Origin: Nemertoderma westbladi
Lineage: Eukaryota > Animalia > Xenacoelomorpha
Direction of reading: 5' to 3'
Assembly: GCA_032718475.1 (NCBI GenBank)
Contig: JAUCBJ010001245.1
Span: forward strand, 1-32,798
DNA: 32,798 nt
Part shown: one piece after another, positions 21,981 to 32,798 of the stretch
Layout: each line of letters opens with the position of its first letter
Numbering within the stretch: the first letter of the stretch is position 1
Translations under genes and position numbers: made by a program
Notes under the pieces: generated by a model
The model's database searches: none
Seen by the model: only the letters and a program-made list of their open reading frames with translations
What the model was told of the DNA's origin: nothing

Positions 21981-24760
21981 ACGTACGTGTACCCTACCTC
22001 GCGAAGACCCCACGTACGTGTACCCTACCTCGCGAAGTCCCCACGTACGTGTACCCTACCAATATGTCTCCGAAGTCCACACGTACGTGTACCCTACCAA
22101 TATGTCTCCGAAGTCCCCACGTACGTGTACCCTACCAATATGTCTCCGAAGTCCCCCCGTACGTGTACCCTACCAATATGTCTCCGAAGTCCCCCCGTAC
22201 GTGTACCCTACCAATATGTCTCCGAAGTCCCCACGTACGTGTACCCTACCAATATGTCTCCGAAGTCCCCATGTACGTGTACTCTACCAATATGTCTCCG
22301 AAGTCCCCCCGTACGTGTACCCTACCAATATGTCTCCGAAGTCCCCACGTACGTGTACCCTACCTCGAGAAGTCCCCACGTACGTGTACCCTACCTCGCG
22401 AAGACCCCACGTACGTGTACCCTACCTCGCGAAGTCCCCACGTACGTGTACCCTACCTCGCGAAGTCCCCACGTACGTGTACCCTACCAATATGTCTCCG
22501 AAGTCCACACGTACGTGTACCCTACCAATATGTCTCCGAAGTCCCCACGTACGTGTACCCTACCTCGCGAAGTCCCCACGTACGTGTACCCTACCAATAT
22601 GTCTCCGAAGTCCCCACGTACGTGTACCCTACCAATATGTCTCCGAAGTCCCCACGTACGTGTACCCTACCAATATGTCTCCGAAGTCCCCCCGTACGTG
22701 TACCCTACCAATATGTCTCCGAAGTCCCCACGTACGTGTACCCTACCAATATGTCTCCGAAGTCCCCATGTACGTGTACCCTACCAATATGTCTCCGAAG
22801 TCCCCCCGTACGTGTACCCTACCAATATGTCTCCGAAGTCCCCACGTACGTGTACTCTACCTCGCGAAGTCCCCATGTACGTGTACCCTACCAATATGTC
22901 TCCGAAGTCCCCACGTACGTGTACCCTACCAATATGTCTCCGAAGTCCCCCCGTACGTGTACCCTACCAATACGTCTCCGAAGTCCCCCCGTACGTGTAC
23001 CCTACCTCGCGAAGTCCCCACGTACGTTTACCCTACCAATATGTCTCCGAAGTCCCCACGTACATGTACCCTACCAATATGTCTCCGAAGTCCCCATGTA
23101 CGTGTACCCTACCTCGCAAAGTCCCCACGTACGTGTACCCTACCAATATGTCTCCGAAGTCCCCACGTACGTGTACCCTACCTCGCGAAGTCCCCCCGTA
23201 CGTGTACCCTACCAATATGTCTCCGAAGTCCCCACGTACGTGTACCCTACCAATATGTCTCCGAAGTCCCCCCGTACGTGTACCCTACCAATATGTCTCC
23301 GAAGTCCCCCCGTACGTGTACCCTACCAATATGTCTCCGAAGTCCCCACGTACGTTTACCCTACCAATATGTCTCCGAAGTCCCCCCGTACATGTACCCT
23401 ACCAATATGTCTCCGAAGTCCCCACGTACGTGTACCCTACCTCGCGTAGTCCCCACGTACGTGTACCCTACCAATATGTCTCCGAATTCCCCCCCGTACG
23501 TGTACCCTACCAATATGTCTCCGAAGTCCCCACGTACGTGTACCCTACAAATATGTCTCCGAAGTCCCCCCGTACGTGTACCCTACCTCGCGAAGTCCCC
23601 ACGTACGTGTACCCTACCAATATGTCTCCGAAGTCCCCCCGTACGTGTACCCTACCAATATGTCTCCGAAGTCCCCCCGTACGTGTACCGTACCAATATG
23701 TCTCCGAAGTCCCCACGTACGTTTACCCTACCAATATGTCTCCGAAGTCCCCCCGTACATGTACCCTACCAATATGTCTCCGAAGTCCCCACGTACGTGT
23801 ACCCTACCTCGCGTAGTCACCACGTACGTGTACCCTACCAATATGTCTCCGAATTCCCCCCCGTACGTGTACCCTACCAATATGTCTCCGAAGTCCCCAC
23901 GTACGTGTACCCTACCAATATGTCTCCGAAGTCCCCACGTACGTGTACCCTACCAATATGTCTCCGAAGTCCCACGTATGTGTACCCTACCACGCGAAGT
24001 CCCCACGTACGTGTACCCTACCAATATGTCTCCGAAGTCCCCACGTACGTGTACCCTACCTCGCGAAGTCCCCACGTACGTGTACCCTACCAATATGTCT
24101 CCGAAGTCCCCACGTACGTGTACCCTACCTCGCCAAGTCCCCACGTACGTGTACCCTACCAATATGTCTCCGAAGTCCCCACGTACGTGTAACCTACCAA
24201 TGTCTCCGAAGTCCCCACCTACATGTACCCTACCAATATGTCTCCGAAGTCCCCACGTACGTGTACCCTACCTCGCGAAGTCCCCACGTACGTGTACCCT
24301 ACCTCGCGAACTCCCCACGTACGTGTACCCTACCAATATGTCTCCGAAGTCCCCACGTACGTGTACCCTACCTCGCCAAGTCCCCACGTACGTGTACCCT
24401 ACCAATATGTCTCCGGAGTCCACACGTACGTGTACCCTACCAATATGTCTCCGAAGTCCCCACGTACGTGTACCCTACCAATATGTCTCCGAAGTCCCTA
24501 CGTACGTGTACCCTACCTCGCGAAGTCCCCCCGTACGTGTACCCTACCTCGCGAAGTCCCCCCGTACGTGTACCCTACCAATATGTCCCCGAAGTCCCCA
24601 CGTACGTGTACCCTACCAATATGTCTCCGAAGTCCCCACGTACGTGTACCCTACCTCGCGAAGTCCCCACGTACGTGTACCCTACCAATATGTCTCCGAA
24701 GTCCCCACGTACGTGTACCTACCTCGCGAAGTCCCCACGTACATGTACCCTACCAATATG
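21981..24760. repeat. Satellite of interspersed 38-bp and 31-bp units (about 75 copies)
   Basis: CGAAGTCCCCACGTACGTGTACCCTACC followed by either AATATGTCTC or TCG; contains the palindrome CACGTACGTG. Confidence 0.97.
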
Positions 24761-24799
24761 TATCCTCGCAGTTGCGCTTGCTACGCCATGCAGATGCAA

Positions 24800-26150
24800 C
24801 CAACAACGTTTGATTGAAGGGAACTCAGTTTCAATATCTGGCATTCGGGCTAGACATAAACTACAGTATCTAGTCGATATCCAATATAAATTCCTGGAAC
24901 TTATTGATTTCGTCCCTTCTCATTGGTAGGTTAATGTGCTGTGCATAATGTTATAGGCCTAATGAGTGGACAACGCGTTGGGTACAAGCTGGTGCTTTTG
25001 TTGTAGCTATTGATTTCGCTCACGAGTTTAAAATGCTCATTACGTTATCCGTTCTGCTGGAAGTATATAAATGTATAATTTATATTTTTTTTCCGCTTTT
25101 ATAAAAAACAAATCAATTAAAAATAAAATTTGGTGTTGTGGTTGCATTGAATCACATCCCCCGTAGGTTGTGGGCTCTATCCTCACACGGGCCAGGACAG
25201 TTTTCGTTTCGGTACGAATGCTTTGAAGGGACCAGCCGGGCGCATCTCTCTGCCTTGCATCCTTAAGTGGCAGCTAAATGAGTAATAGAGTTTCCTCTGG
25301 GGAGTATAGTTCTGGGGGGACCGCACTGGAAATAAGTCGTCAGACTTTGTGCGTAATCCCTGGAATAGGGATAAAGAAAATTTACTTTGTAATTTAATGT
25401 AATCATGTAATTTAATTTAAGAAATTCCACAAAAAATATTTTATTTTACATTTTTCGCGGGGAATAAAAAGTGAAATAAATGCCATCCTATCCAAATTTA
25501 TTCCTCATATCTCTCACTTCAGAGGCGTGGTGTAGATCCCAGCAAGAAGCCATCGCCTTCCTCTTACTATTCTGCAATGGGCACAGGCGCGGTACTTTAC
25601 TCCACAGTGTATTCTCATGCAATAAAGAAATAATTTTGCCGAAACGCATCTTTTTTGCCGAAACCCATTTTTTGCGCCGATACGCGACTGTTGCCGAAAC
25701 GCGACAGTTGCAGAAACGCAACGAGACCATACAAACAAAAGTAATGAGCCAATGTCTCCTTGTATTACACTACTAACTGTAGGGCCTACTACACTACCAC
25801 TGCTTCTTGCAACCAATGTTTGATTGAACTCAGTTTCAACATCTGGCTAATCATAAACTATACTTGGAGATCCGCTGTTATTCCAAAAACTTTAAATTCC
25901 GGGAACTTTAAAGAGTTCGTCGACCCTTCTCATTGGTAGGCTAATGGGCGGGCTCGCGGGCAGATGTTATAGGCCTAATAACTGGGTATAGTGCCGTTTA
26001 CAAGCGTCTGCTGTTGTGGCTATTGATTTCCCCCTATTTACTTTCATGGGCGGGTTTAAATTGCAATCACTTTTGTCCGTTCTGGGAATAAGTAACTTTA
26101 TAATTTATTTTTATTTTCTTTTGGCTTTTCTAAAAAATAAATCTATTAAA
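24800..26150. repeat. Two diverged direct copies of a ~330-bp sequence (24800-25125 and 25810-26150)
   Basis: Shared blocks in the same order: GTTTGATTGAA..ACTCAGTTTCAA, CCCTTCTCATTGGTAGG, TGTTATAGGCCTAAT, GCTATTGATTTC, TCCGTTCTG. Confidence 0.75.
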
Positions 26151-26922
26151 ATTATAACTATGTAGGCCTATTACTTTGAAAACAAACATTAATTATTATT
26201 TTATCGGAAATATTCACATTTCTCACTTAAATTTGTAGAAAACAATGAAAGTGAAAAACTGCTTTAGAATGCATACATTTCTTTATTATATATAATGTAA
26301 TTTGTATAGACTTACACTGTTTGAGAAAAACTCGTAAATATAACTTGGCTACATTTTGAATTGACTGTTACAGTATATAGAGTAACGTTCTTCGATAATA
26401 TAAAAAGGGTATCTTAATCTTATTACTTACTTTGTTATCGCTTAATTATTGAGAGAATGAGTTTATGTCACTAATTTAAAATTGTTTTTATTTAGTGATA
26501 GAAAGTTATAATAGTTTGCGAAAGCCAGATAAAAACTCGCAATAAAAACTCATCTCTCTCCAGGGGAAAATTCGACGCAAATAACAGATAATTACTCTTA
26601 AAAATAAAACTGTAACCTGTTCTATTGTGTTTAGTTTATTGTTTTGGTTAAAAAACGTGCCACTGTAACCTGCTCCTTTCCTTAAATTGAGAATTTAACA
26701 TTGAGGCGGGATATTAATTCGCGAAGGCGGGTTTTACGTCGAGTTCCCCCCCCCCCCCCCCCCTGTCTCGCGAAAATAGTACTTTCTTGTACTGTTTTCT
26801 ACAAATTTAGTGAGAAAGTTTTTCAGTATATTTGCCATTTTTACATTAGTAGGGGTCTATATTCATTTGTCATTTCTATAAAAAACAATAATCTCATTTC
26901 CATAGCTACAGGTACTGAATAA

Positions 26923-27077
26923 ATGTCTGCAATCACCACCATGGAGACCACTCCAATAGTCTCGAACAGTCTCAACGTTCTTACTATCAACATGGACTCC
27001 TTCTTCCTTATAGTCAATGGCTTTATAATATTCTTTATGCAGGGTGGTTTCTCATTTCTGGAAGCTGGATCTGTTAG
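26923..27077 (+). CDS. amt: Ammonium transporter (Amt/MEP family), coding exon 1
   Basis: MSAITTMETTPIVSNSLNVLTINMDSFFLIVNGFIIFFMQGGFSFLEAGSVR carries the MQxGFxxLEAGxVR signature; ends AG|GTaagc in phase 2; absent from the ORF track. Confidence 0.92.
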
Positions 27078-27298
27078 GTAAGCTAGCCAGCTCAATTAAG
27101 GTGGGGGGGGGGGGGGGGTTACACCATTGTTACACCATATTACACCACATACACCATAATTATAACTATTTACATACTTGTTTGTAAAGTAGCACTTTAC
27201 AGTGGCTTTGTTACTCGAACGAACGTTATTGAGTGAGTGAAAATAAAGCCACGAGGGTCAGAACACTGTAAAGTACTTTGCAACAAGTATGTATGTAG

Positions 27299-28796
27299 TT
27301 TTATTCCAAAATTGTAACATTACGAAAAGCCTACATATACATTATAAGTGATAGAAACTGCACAAACTATATTAGTTGCTGTATAAATAAACGTAAAACT
27401 GACATAAAATATTTATAAATACGTTAGCTTATATTTATGGTGGCGTTTGGAGCCATGTTAATAGTTGGCATTAGTGTGGCCTGGGTGCACACTTATTGTC
27501 CACATTTTTTCATGGGAAACTGACTAATATCGTGACTTTTTTTGTTCTAGAACAAAAATTTGACCTTCTAACTATATGATGGGAGTATTTTTTTAATATG
27601 GTAGCTTTTTTTTAATTTGAAATTCAAACTAGTATCCATAGAGATACGATTTTCTAGATCACAAATTCGATATTCTACCAACACCTTACTATAGCAACAA
27701 AAAACATTCTTGAACACTTTAATTGTATTTTAGTGTCTTTCCTTGTATTAAATAACATTATAGATAGATAATAAACGTATAAATTAAATTAGCAAAAAAA
27801 TATTAAAAAAAACACTAGCTAGTAAAAATTACTAGCTAGACATGACTCAGTAAATATTCTAAGGATATAACTATAAGTTGAAATATGTATGTTTGAAAAA
27901 TATTTTTTCCAAAATTCATTTTTTTACCAGCTAGTAAATAGTAGTACTAGCTAGTAAAAAAGATGAATAATAATAGCTACCATCTTTCTGTCAGAAGGTC
28001 AAATATTTGTTCTGAACAGAAACCTTCCACGATAATAGTCATTTTCACAGAAAAAAATTTGGACAAAAAGTGTGCACACAGGCCACACTAATGCCTAATA
28101 CAGTAGTTTATAGCTTTAAATTTTTTAAAGCTATTTCATAGCTACCGGTAGTTAGTGCTTTATTGTTTATTGTTTATTGAAATGGTTTTAGGTATTTATT
28201 AGAAGTGAAAATCAGCTCTACCACGGAGAACTCGACGAGCGCACCAAATAATATATACAATACAATAAAATACATATTATACTTAAAAAATGTTAATTTG
28301 ATTGATTGTAATTCTGTTTAAAAAGAAATATCGGATAAAAAACAAGGTTGATTGAAATTGTTTTAATTACAATTCAATCTTAAAAGAGAATTCGACTGGA
28401 CGCTCCTGCAGGCTGTGTAACCCCGGCAGCCCGGTTGGTCTGGAATGTCGCTCAGATATGTATCTAATTTTAGTTTAAATATTTCCAGACTGCAGCCAGT
28501 CAGGTCTCGTATTTCCTTTGGCAAGGAGTGCAGTAGGCCTACCTGGCTGTCCTGTCAGGCAATTAATTATAAATGCCACCTATTGTTTACATGGTAACCA
28601 ATGACTCTGTGATTGTAAAGTCATGCCGTCCTTGGTTACCACATAAACAAGGGACATTACAACACCTAACACCAATACAAAACTAAATGTACAGATCAAT
28701 ACAATGCTGTAATGTCTACAAAAGTTGTAAAGTGCTAAATAGCAACTCGCTGTTAAGACTAACGGCGTTGAGTAATGTTACAATTTTGGAATAAAA
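27299..28796. mobile_element. Putative non-autonomous DNA transposon in Amt intron 1, with 25-bp inverted ends and a nested foldback (27467-28095)
   Basis: TTTTATTCCAAAATTGTAACATTAC at 27299-27323 with its reverse complement at 28772-28796; inner ~100-bp arms GGCATTAGTGTGGCCTG..TTTGACCTTCT and AGAAGGTCAAA..CAGGCCACACTAATGCC. Confidence 0.65.
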
Positions 28797-29058
28797 TAGG
28801 CAATGTACAGAAGGCCCTATTATGATATTCTACTGTAATATTCTAGAATATTAAATAACACTTCGATACCATACGCGCTATGTATTTTAATGCATTATTA
28901 GTACTAATGTCATTACATTCAAATTTTATTCAACATTAATTTTTTTTGTTGATAAAAAGTGTTTTTTTTGTCAAACTTATTAATGAATTTGACAAAAAAA
29001 AAGTGACTCACAACTAACAAATATAAAGTCTTTTATCCTCAATGTCTGTATTTTCCAG

Positions 29059-29336
29059 GTCAAAAAACACAGTGAATATCCTCATCAAGAACATGTTAGA
29101 CGCCTTGATCGGAGGCTTGGCTTACTGGGCGATCGGTTGGGGTTGTGCCTACGGACCAGGTGGAAACGGATTCATCGGTGGTTCCCAGTTTTTCAGTTAC
29201 AACATGCCAGACTCATCCTACTCTCCATGGTTCTTTCAGTTCGTGTTTGCAGCCACTGCCGCCACCATTGTCTCCGGGAGTATCGCAGAAAGATGCCGAT
29301 TCCCGGCATATTTCTTCTACAGTATCGCAATCACAG
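29059..29336 (+). CDS. amt: Ammonium transporter, exon 2
   Basis: ttttccAG|; SKNTVNILIKNMLD...WFFQFVFAATAATIVSGSIAER; ends CAG|GTactg; phase 2-1. Confidence 0.95.
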
Positions 29337-29528
29337 GTACTGTATACCAATAAATCGGAGATTAATTATGGTGAACTAGTCAGACTATTAGCAAAACATG
29401 ATAAAATAATAACAATAATAAATAACAAAATCTACCTCGTATAAATTAATTGATGAGAATTTATATAATATTGTCTAATTCATTATTCGTATAAGGCTAC
29501 TTTTAGCTTTGTATTGATGACTTTTCAG

Positions 29529-29803
29529 GTTTGGTTTATCCTCCAGTGAGTCATTGGGCCTGGGATTCGGACACCCCAGGCTGGTTGAACGGAATGGGTT
29601 ATCAAGATTTCGCAGGGAGCGGAGTGGTTCATCTTTTGGGAGGGACTTGCGCTTTAGTAGGATGCATGATGATAGGACCCAGAACCGGACGATTCGATGA
29701 TAAAGGAAATCCCAAGGATATGCCGGGCCATTCTGTGCCTCTCGCCGCCTTGGGGGGATTCATTCTTCTCTTTGGATTTTTGGCGTTCAACGGAGGATCC
29801 CAG
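29529..29803 (+). CDS. amt: Ammonium transporter, exon 3
   Basis: YPPVSHWAW...DFAGSGVVHLLGG (first pore His)...IGPRTGRF...GHS...FNGGSQ|GTaagt; phase 1-0. Confidence 0.95.
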
Positions 29804-30076
29804 GTAAGTGAATATCAACTACTCACTAACATTATTAGAGAATTATGGTATATTTGGACAATTAATTTACTGTAATAAGTATTATGTTATATTATTTTTA
29901 AGGTAACTATTGTAAAGTAAATTTTTTTGTAATATAATAGCCCAATAACCATTTTAATAAACGTTGATTTTGATGAACTCCTACTGAATTCAACTCAAGA
30001 GTAATCTTTGGTACCCTTGCCTTATCGACCCCACGGTTTCTTAGATTTACGTATCTATCTTCAATCCACTGCCTGA

Positions 30077-30205
30077 CGCGTGACATTTTTTTTCTTCATA
30101 ATAGTGCGGTGATATACGACGAACACGAACAATCCCGTAGCAGATACGGGATTGTTCGTGTTCGCTTTATATCACCGCACTACTATGAAGAAAAAAAGTC
30201 ACGCG
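30077..30205. repeat. Near-perfect 129-nt palindrome in Amt intron 3
   Basis: Arms of about 62 nt, CGCGTGAC..GTGCGGTGATATA..CGAACACGAACAATCCCGTA, around a 5-nt loop GCAGA. Confidence 0.9.
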
Positions 30206-31091
30206 CAAGCGCGGGAGGTGTAGCATGCAGATTTCACCCAAGCTATATCATTGGAAACAACAAGCAATGGTACTGGTGGATAAACACTGTATGTGGGTTT
30301 GGTGCCGTCGCATCCGCATCAGATTTGCCTTTTTGCCATTCACTGTTGTATTCTTTGGTGTCGTCGGCCTAGAAACATCCAAATCATTACGATATTGGGG
30401 CAACTGTAATCCGATAAGCGGACTCTGAGTCTGACACAGCTGTGCCGGAGTAAAGTGAGAGGGTGGAGGTCGTCTGTGAAGGAGGTTTTTTTGGAGAATT
30501 GGATATTATTTTAATGTTAATAAAAGTTACATTTATTCAGGGTAGTCTATAGAAACTACATTATAAATACACAAACATATTTAGACAATTTGGAAATTTT
30601 TCAGTTAGCATTTTTTTCATTTTGTATAATTATTACGCATTCAATGATCGCTTCTATTTTTAAAAATAAAATGAATTCTTTCAATTTCTGAACGAAATCA
30701 TATTATAATATCATCTATTTTTATATTAATTAAATATAAATTTTATTAAAGCTCTATAAGATGTACAGAATCAGGACTGCGGATACTTAAAAGTGTTTGT
30801 GATAATTCGTGATAGTTTAATTCCATTCATTATTATATACTCATGTCGCTTCTACTTATGATCTTACTACTGTAGTTGATTATTATAGGCCTACAAGTTA
30901 CGTCAAACGTCAGGATATAGAATATTAAAAAACTGACGTTAAAACGAATTGAAATTGAGGCAATTTTTGTTAGTTATGTTATCAAGTTCCTTTTTTTGAC
31001 ATTACTATTTAATTTGATTATTTCATATTTTCATTCATTTTATGTAATTTATTGTCGAACATGTTTCTTTATTCCCATAAATTTTTTCAAG

Positions 31092-31410
31092 GGTTCTATC
31101 TCCAATGACGGCGATGCCAATGCTGTAGCCAGAGCCGTGGTCAACACGATATTGGGAGGCTGTAGTTCCGGTCTCACTGTCCTGTTCCTTAGTCGGTTCG
31201 CCAACGGCGCTCATTGGAGTTACTTGTTAACCCTTAACGGCGCGTTAACCGGAATGGTGGCGCTGTGCGCCGGCTGCGACGCCTATCAACCTTGGGGAGC
31301 TATCGTAGTCGGAGTTATCGGCGGGTCAGCATACTTCATCTGTCATAAAGTTATGTTATGGTGTCAGTTTGATGACCCTTTGGATGCAGTGGCAGTGCAT
31401 GGGGCAGGAG
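31092..31410 (+). CDS. amt: Ammonium transporter, exon 4
   Basis: GSISNDGD...NGALTGMVALCAGC...DDPLDAVAVHGAG (second pore His); phase 0-1. Confidence 0.95.
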
Positions 31411-31773
31411 GTTGGTATCTCATATAATTCGATTATTGTTTATCACAGATAATTTATATATATTTATTTTTCAATATGCTTCATATATGATTTTACATTA
31501 TATATATTGTATAAGTTGCACATGCACACATCGGCGGAGCGGAGAAGAATCATAGAGCATTTGAGTATTGCTAGTTTCCAAAGTTACATTCTCCCATTAT
31601 CTGAAATAATATCGGATAAACTATTTAAATTTATGATAATTTATTTTAATTTATGATTTTTTTGACCACTGGCAGATTTATTTTTCCTATTTGTACCTCG
31701 ATATTGTGCTATTATGCTACCTCTTTATATTTATATATTAGCCATTCCATTAACCTTTCTGTTATACACACAG

Positions 31774-32315
31774 GTTTGGTTGGAGTCATTTGTGCGCCAA
31801 TATTCGCCTGGGAATCAGGTATCGTCGGGGTGGGTGACACAGTCGCACCTTGGGAGACCCTCGGTATCAACCTCTTAGGTGCTGTTGCCATCATAGCTTG
31901 GAGCGCCGCCTTGTCCTTCCTCATTTTCTATCCATTGCACTATTTCAATCAACTTCGGATCAATCTCGATACTGAAATGAAAGGAAATGATCTAATTAAA
32001 CACGGCGAAGCAGCTTATCCAGCTGAATCTTGGGTGGAAATCCAATATAACAAACCCGAGAAGATGGTGTCCACCGTATCCTATTCTATCAGGGATGCGA
32101 CGACAGCGCCTGGGATACCAATCAATATGAGCGGGAAAGAAGAAGGCCAAGTCAATCACGGATACATCGCTCATAGCCAGTCTGGGATGAAAGGGGCCAC
32201 CGAGTCATATTCTGTCAGGGATGTGACGACAGCCATCCCAATCAATGTGGGTGAGAAAGGAGCGGTACAAGTCACCAATGGATATTACAGTCACGATTAC
32301 ATGCCACGAGATTGA
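31774..32315 (+). CDS. amt: Ammonium transporter, exon 5 (last TM helices and cytosolic tail); spliced CDS 1569 nt, 522 aa
   Basis: acacAG|GT TTG GTT GGA; LRI...EMKGNDLIKHGEAAYP C-terminal motif; TGA ends at 32315; all five exons join in frame. Confidence 0.93.
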
Positions 32316-32798
32316 GAGCGAGTATAATATGGGAAAATAATGATCACGAGAAAGGCACATACTCTACAATAGGTTGCATAAATGTAATAATTCATAACAT
32401 GTTTTATACCTGACATTATATTATTGTGTAATAATCTATATTAAATGTTCATTTTATTTTTTCTTTATTATTTTATTTATTTTAAATTTTAACGCTATAA
32501 CATAAGCCGCTTAAAAGTAACAATTTGTGTGCTGCTTGGTAATTTTATTGATATTTTAATTTGTGCAGTGCGCTGTGTTTAGCTTATTTCGGGATGTTCT
32601 AAAATTAAATGAAACTAGGTAACTATCTATCTTATCATAGATTTAAAGTTAGATTATTTAATACAAATGTTGAGACAAATCATCCGGAGTGCACAACTAC
32701 GGACTGTACAGGGTTAGTAAATGCCTGTGCCTCAGAAAAACCTTCTGGAAAATATTACAGCTCGTCCGTAGAGTCGGGGGGGGGGGGGGGGGGGGGGG

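Larger units (their letters stand above)
21143..24760 (+). mobile_element. Outer HINE-like element, interrupted by a nested relative, with its 3' terminus tandemly amplified
   Basis: 5' end GGGGCGAGCCACGTAG..GAGCCTTAGCG resembles 15142; short CGT repeat; the family 3' motif CGCGAAGTCCCCACGTACGTGT forms the downstream array. Confidence 0.5.

Noticed and set aside
21801-24929. Long ORFs of 196-724 aa in all three plus frames
   Set aside because: They are translations of a stop-free 38/31-bp satellite; the same peptides recur in every frame.
25480-25816. Overlapping 80-100-aa ORFs
   Set aside because: No recognisable domain or BIG3 similarity, and the region contains short GCCGAAAC repeats suggestive of a TE remnant.
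29042-32315. Four separate transporter genes, as the ORF track suggests
   Set aside because: They are exons of one Amt gene with consistent splice phases; the ORF starts and most ends lie in introns.

Overview
AT-rich, repeat-dense animal (invertebrate-like) genomic DNA; not prokaryotic and no CRISPR array. The left end (1-~1900, minus strand) holds the 5' part of a Maverick/Polinton-type protein-primed DNA polymerase B gene, with zinc fingers, a Cys/His protease-like domain and an ExoI motif. It is split by a single +1 frameshift and has its own candidate promoter and 5'UTR intron. From 2734 to 7336 on the plus strand are four phase-compatible internal exons of an ARFGEF3/BIG3 gene, which the ORF track misses or only partly captures. 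Two of its introns are filled by tandem arrays whose unit is the exon's own 3' end plus its GTAAGT splice donor: about 15 copies plus about 21 decayed copies in one, and about 124 copies (7.2 kb) in the other. No further ARFGEF3 exons are recognisable after the large array. The 14.5-26.2 kb interval contains an RTE-like LINE fragment, a family of Helentron/HINE-like non-autonomous elements (one carrying a 315-bp array, another with its 3' end amplified into a 2.8-kb satellite), a Harbinger-type MITE and foldback repeats. At 26923-32315 on the plus strand is a complete 5-exon ammonium transporter (Amt) gene of about 522 aa with a duplicated C-terminal tail motif. Most long ORFs in the supplied track are repeat artefacts. 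Family assignments come from motif recognition by eye, with no database searches.
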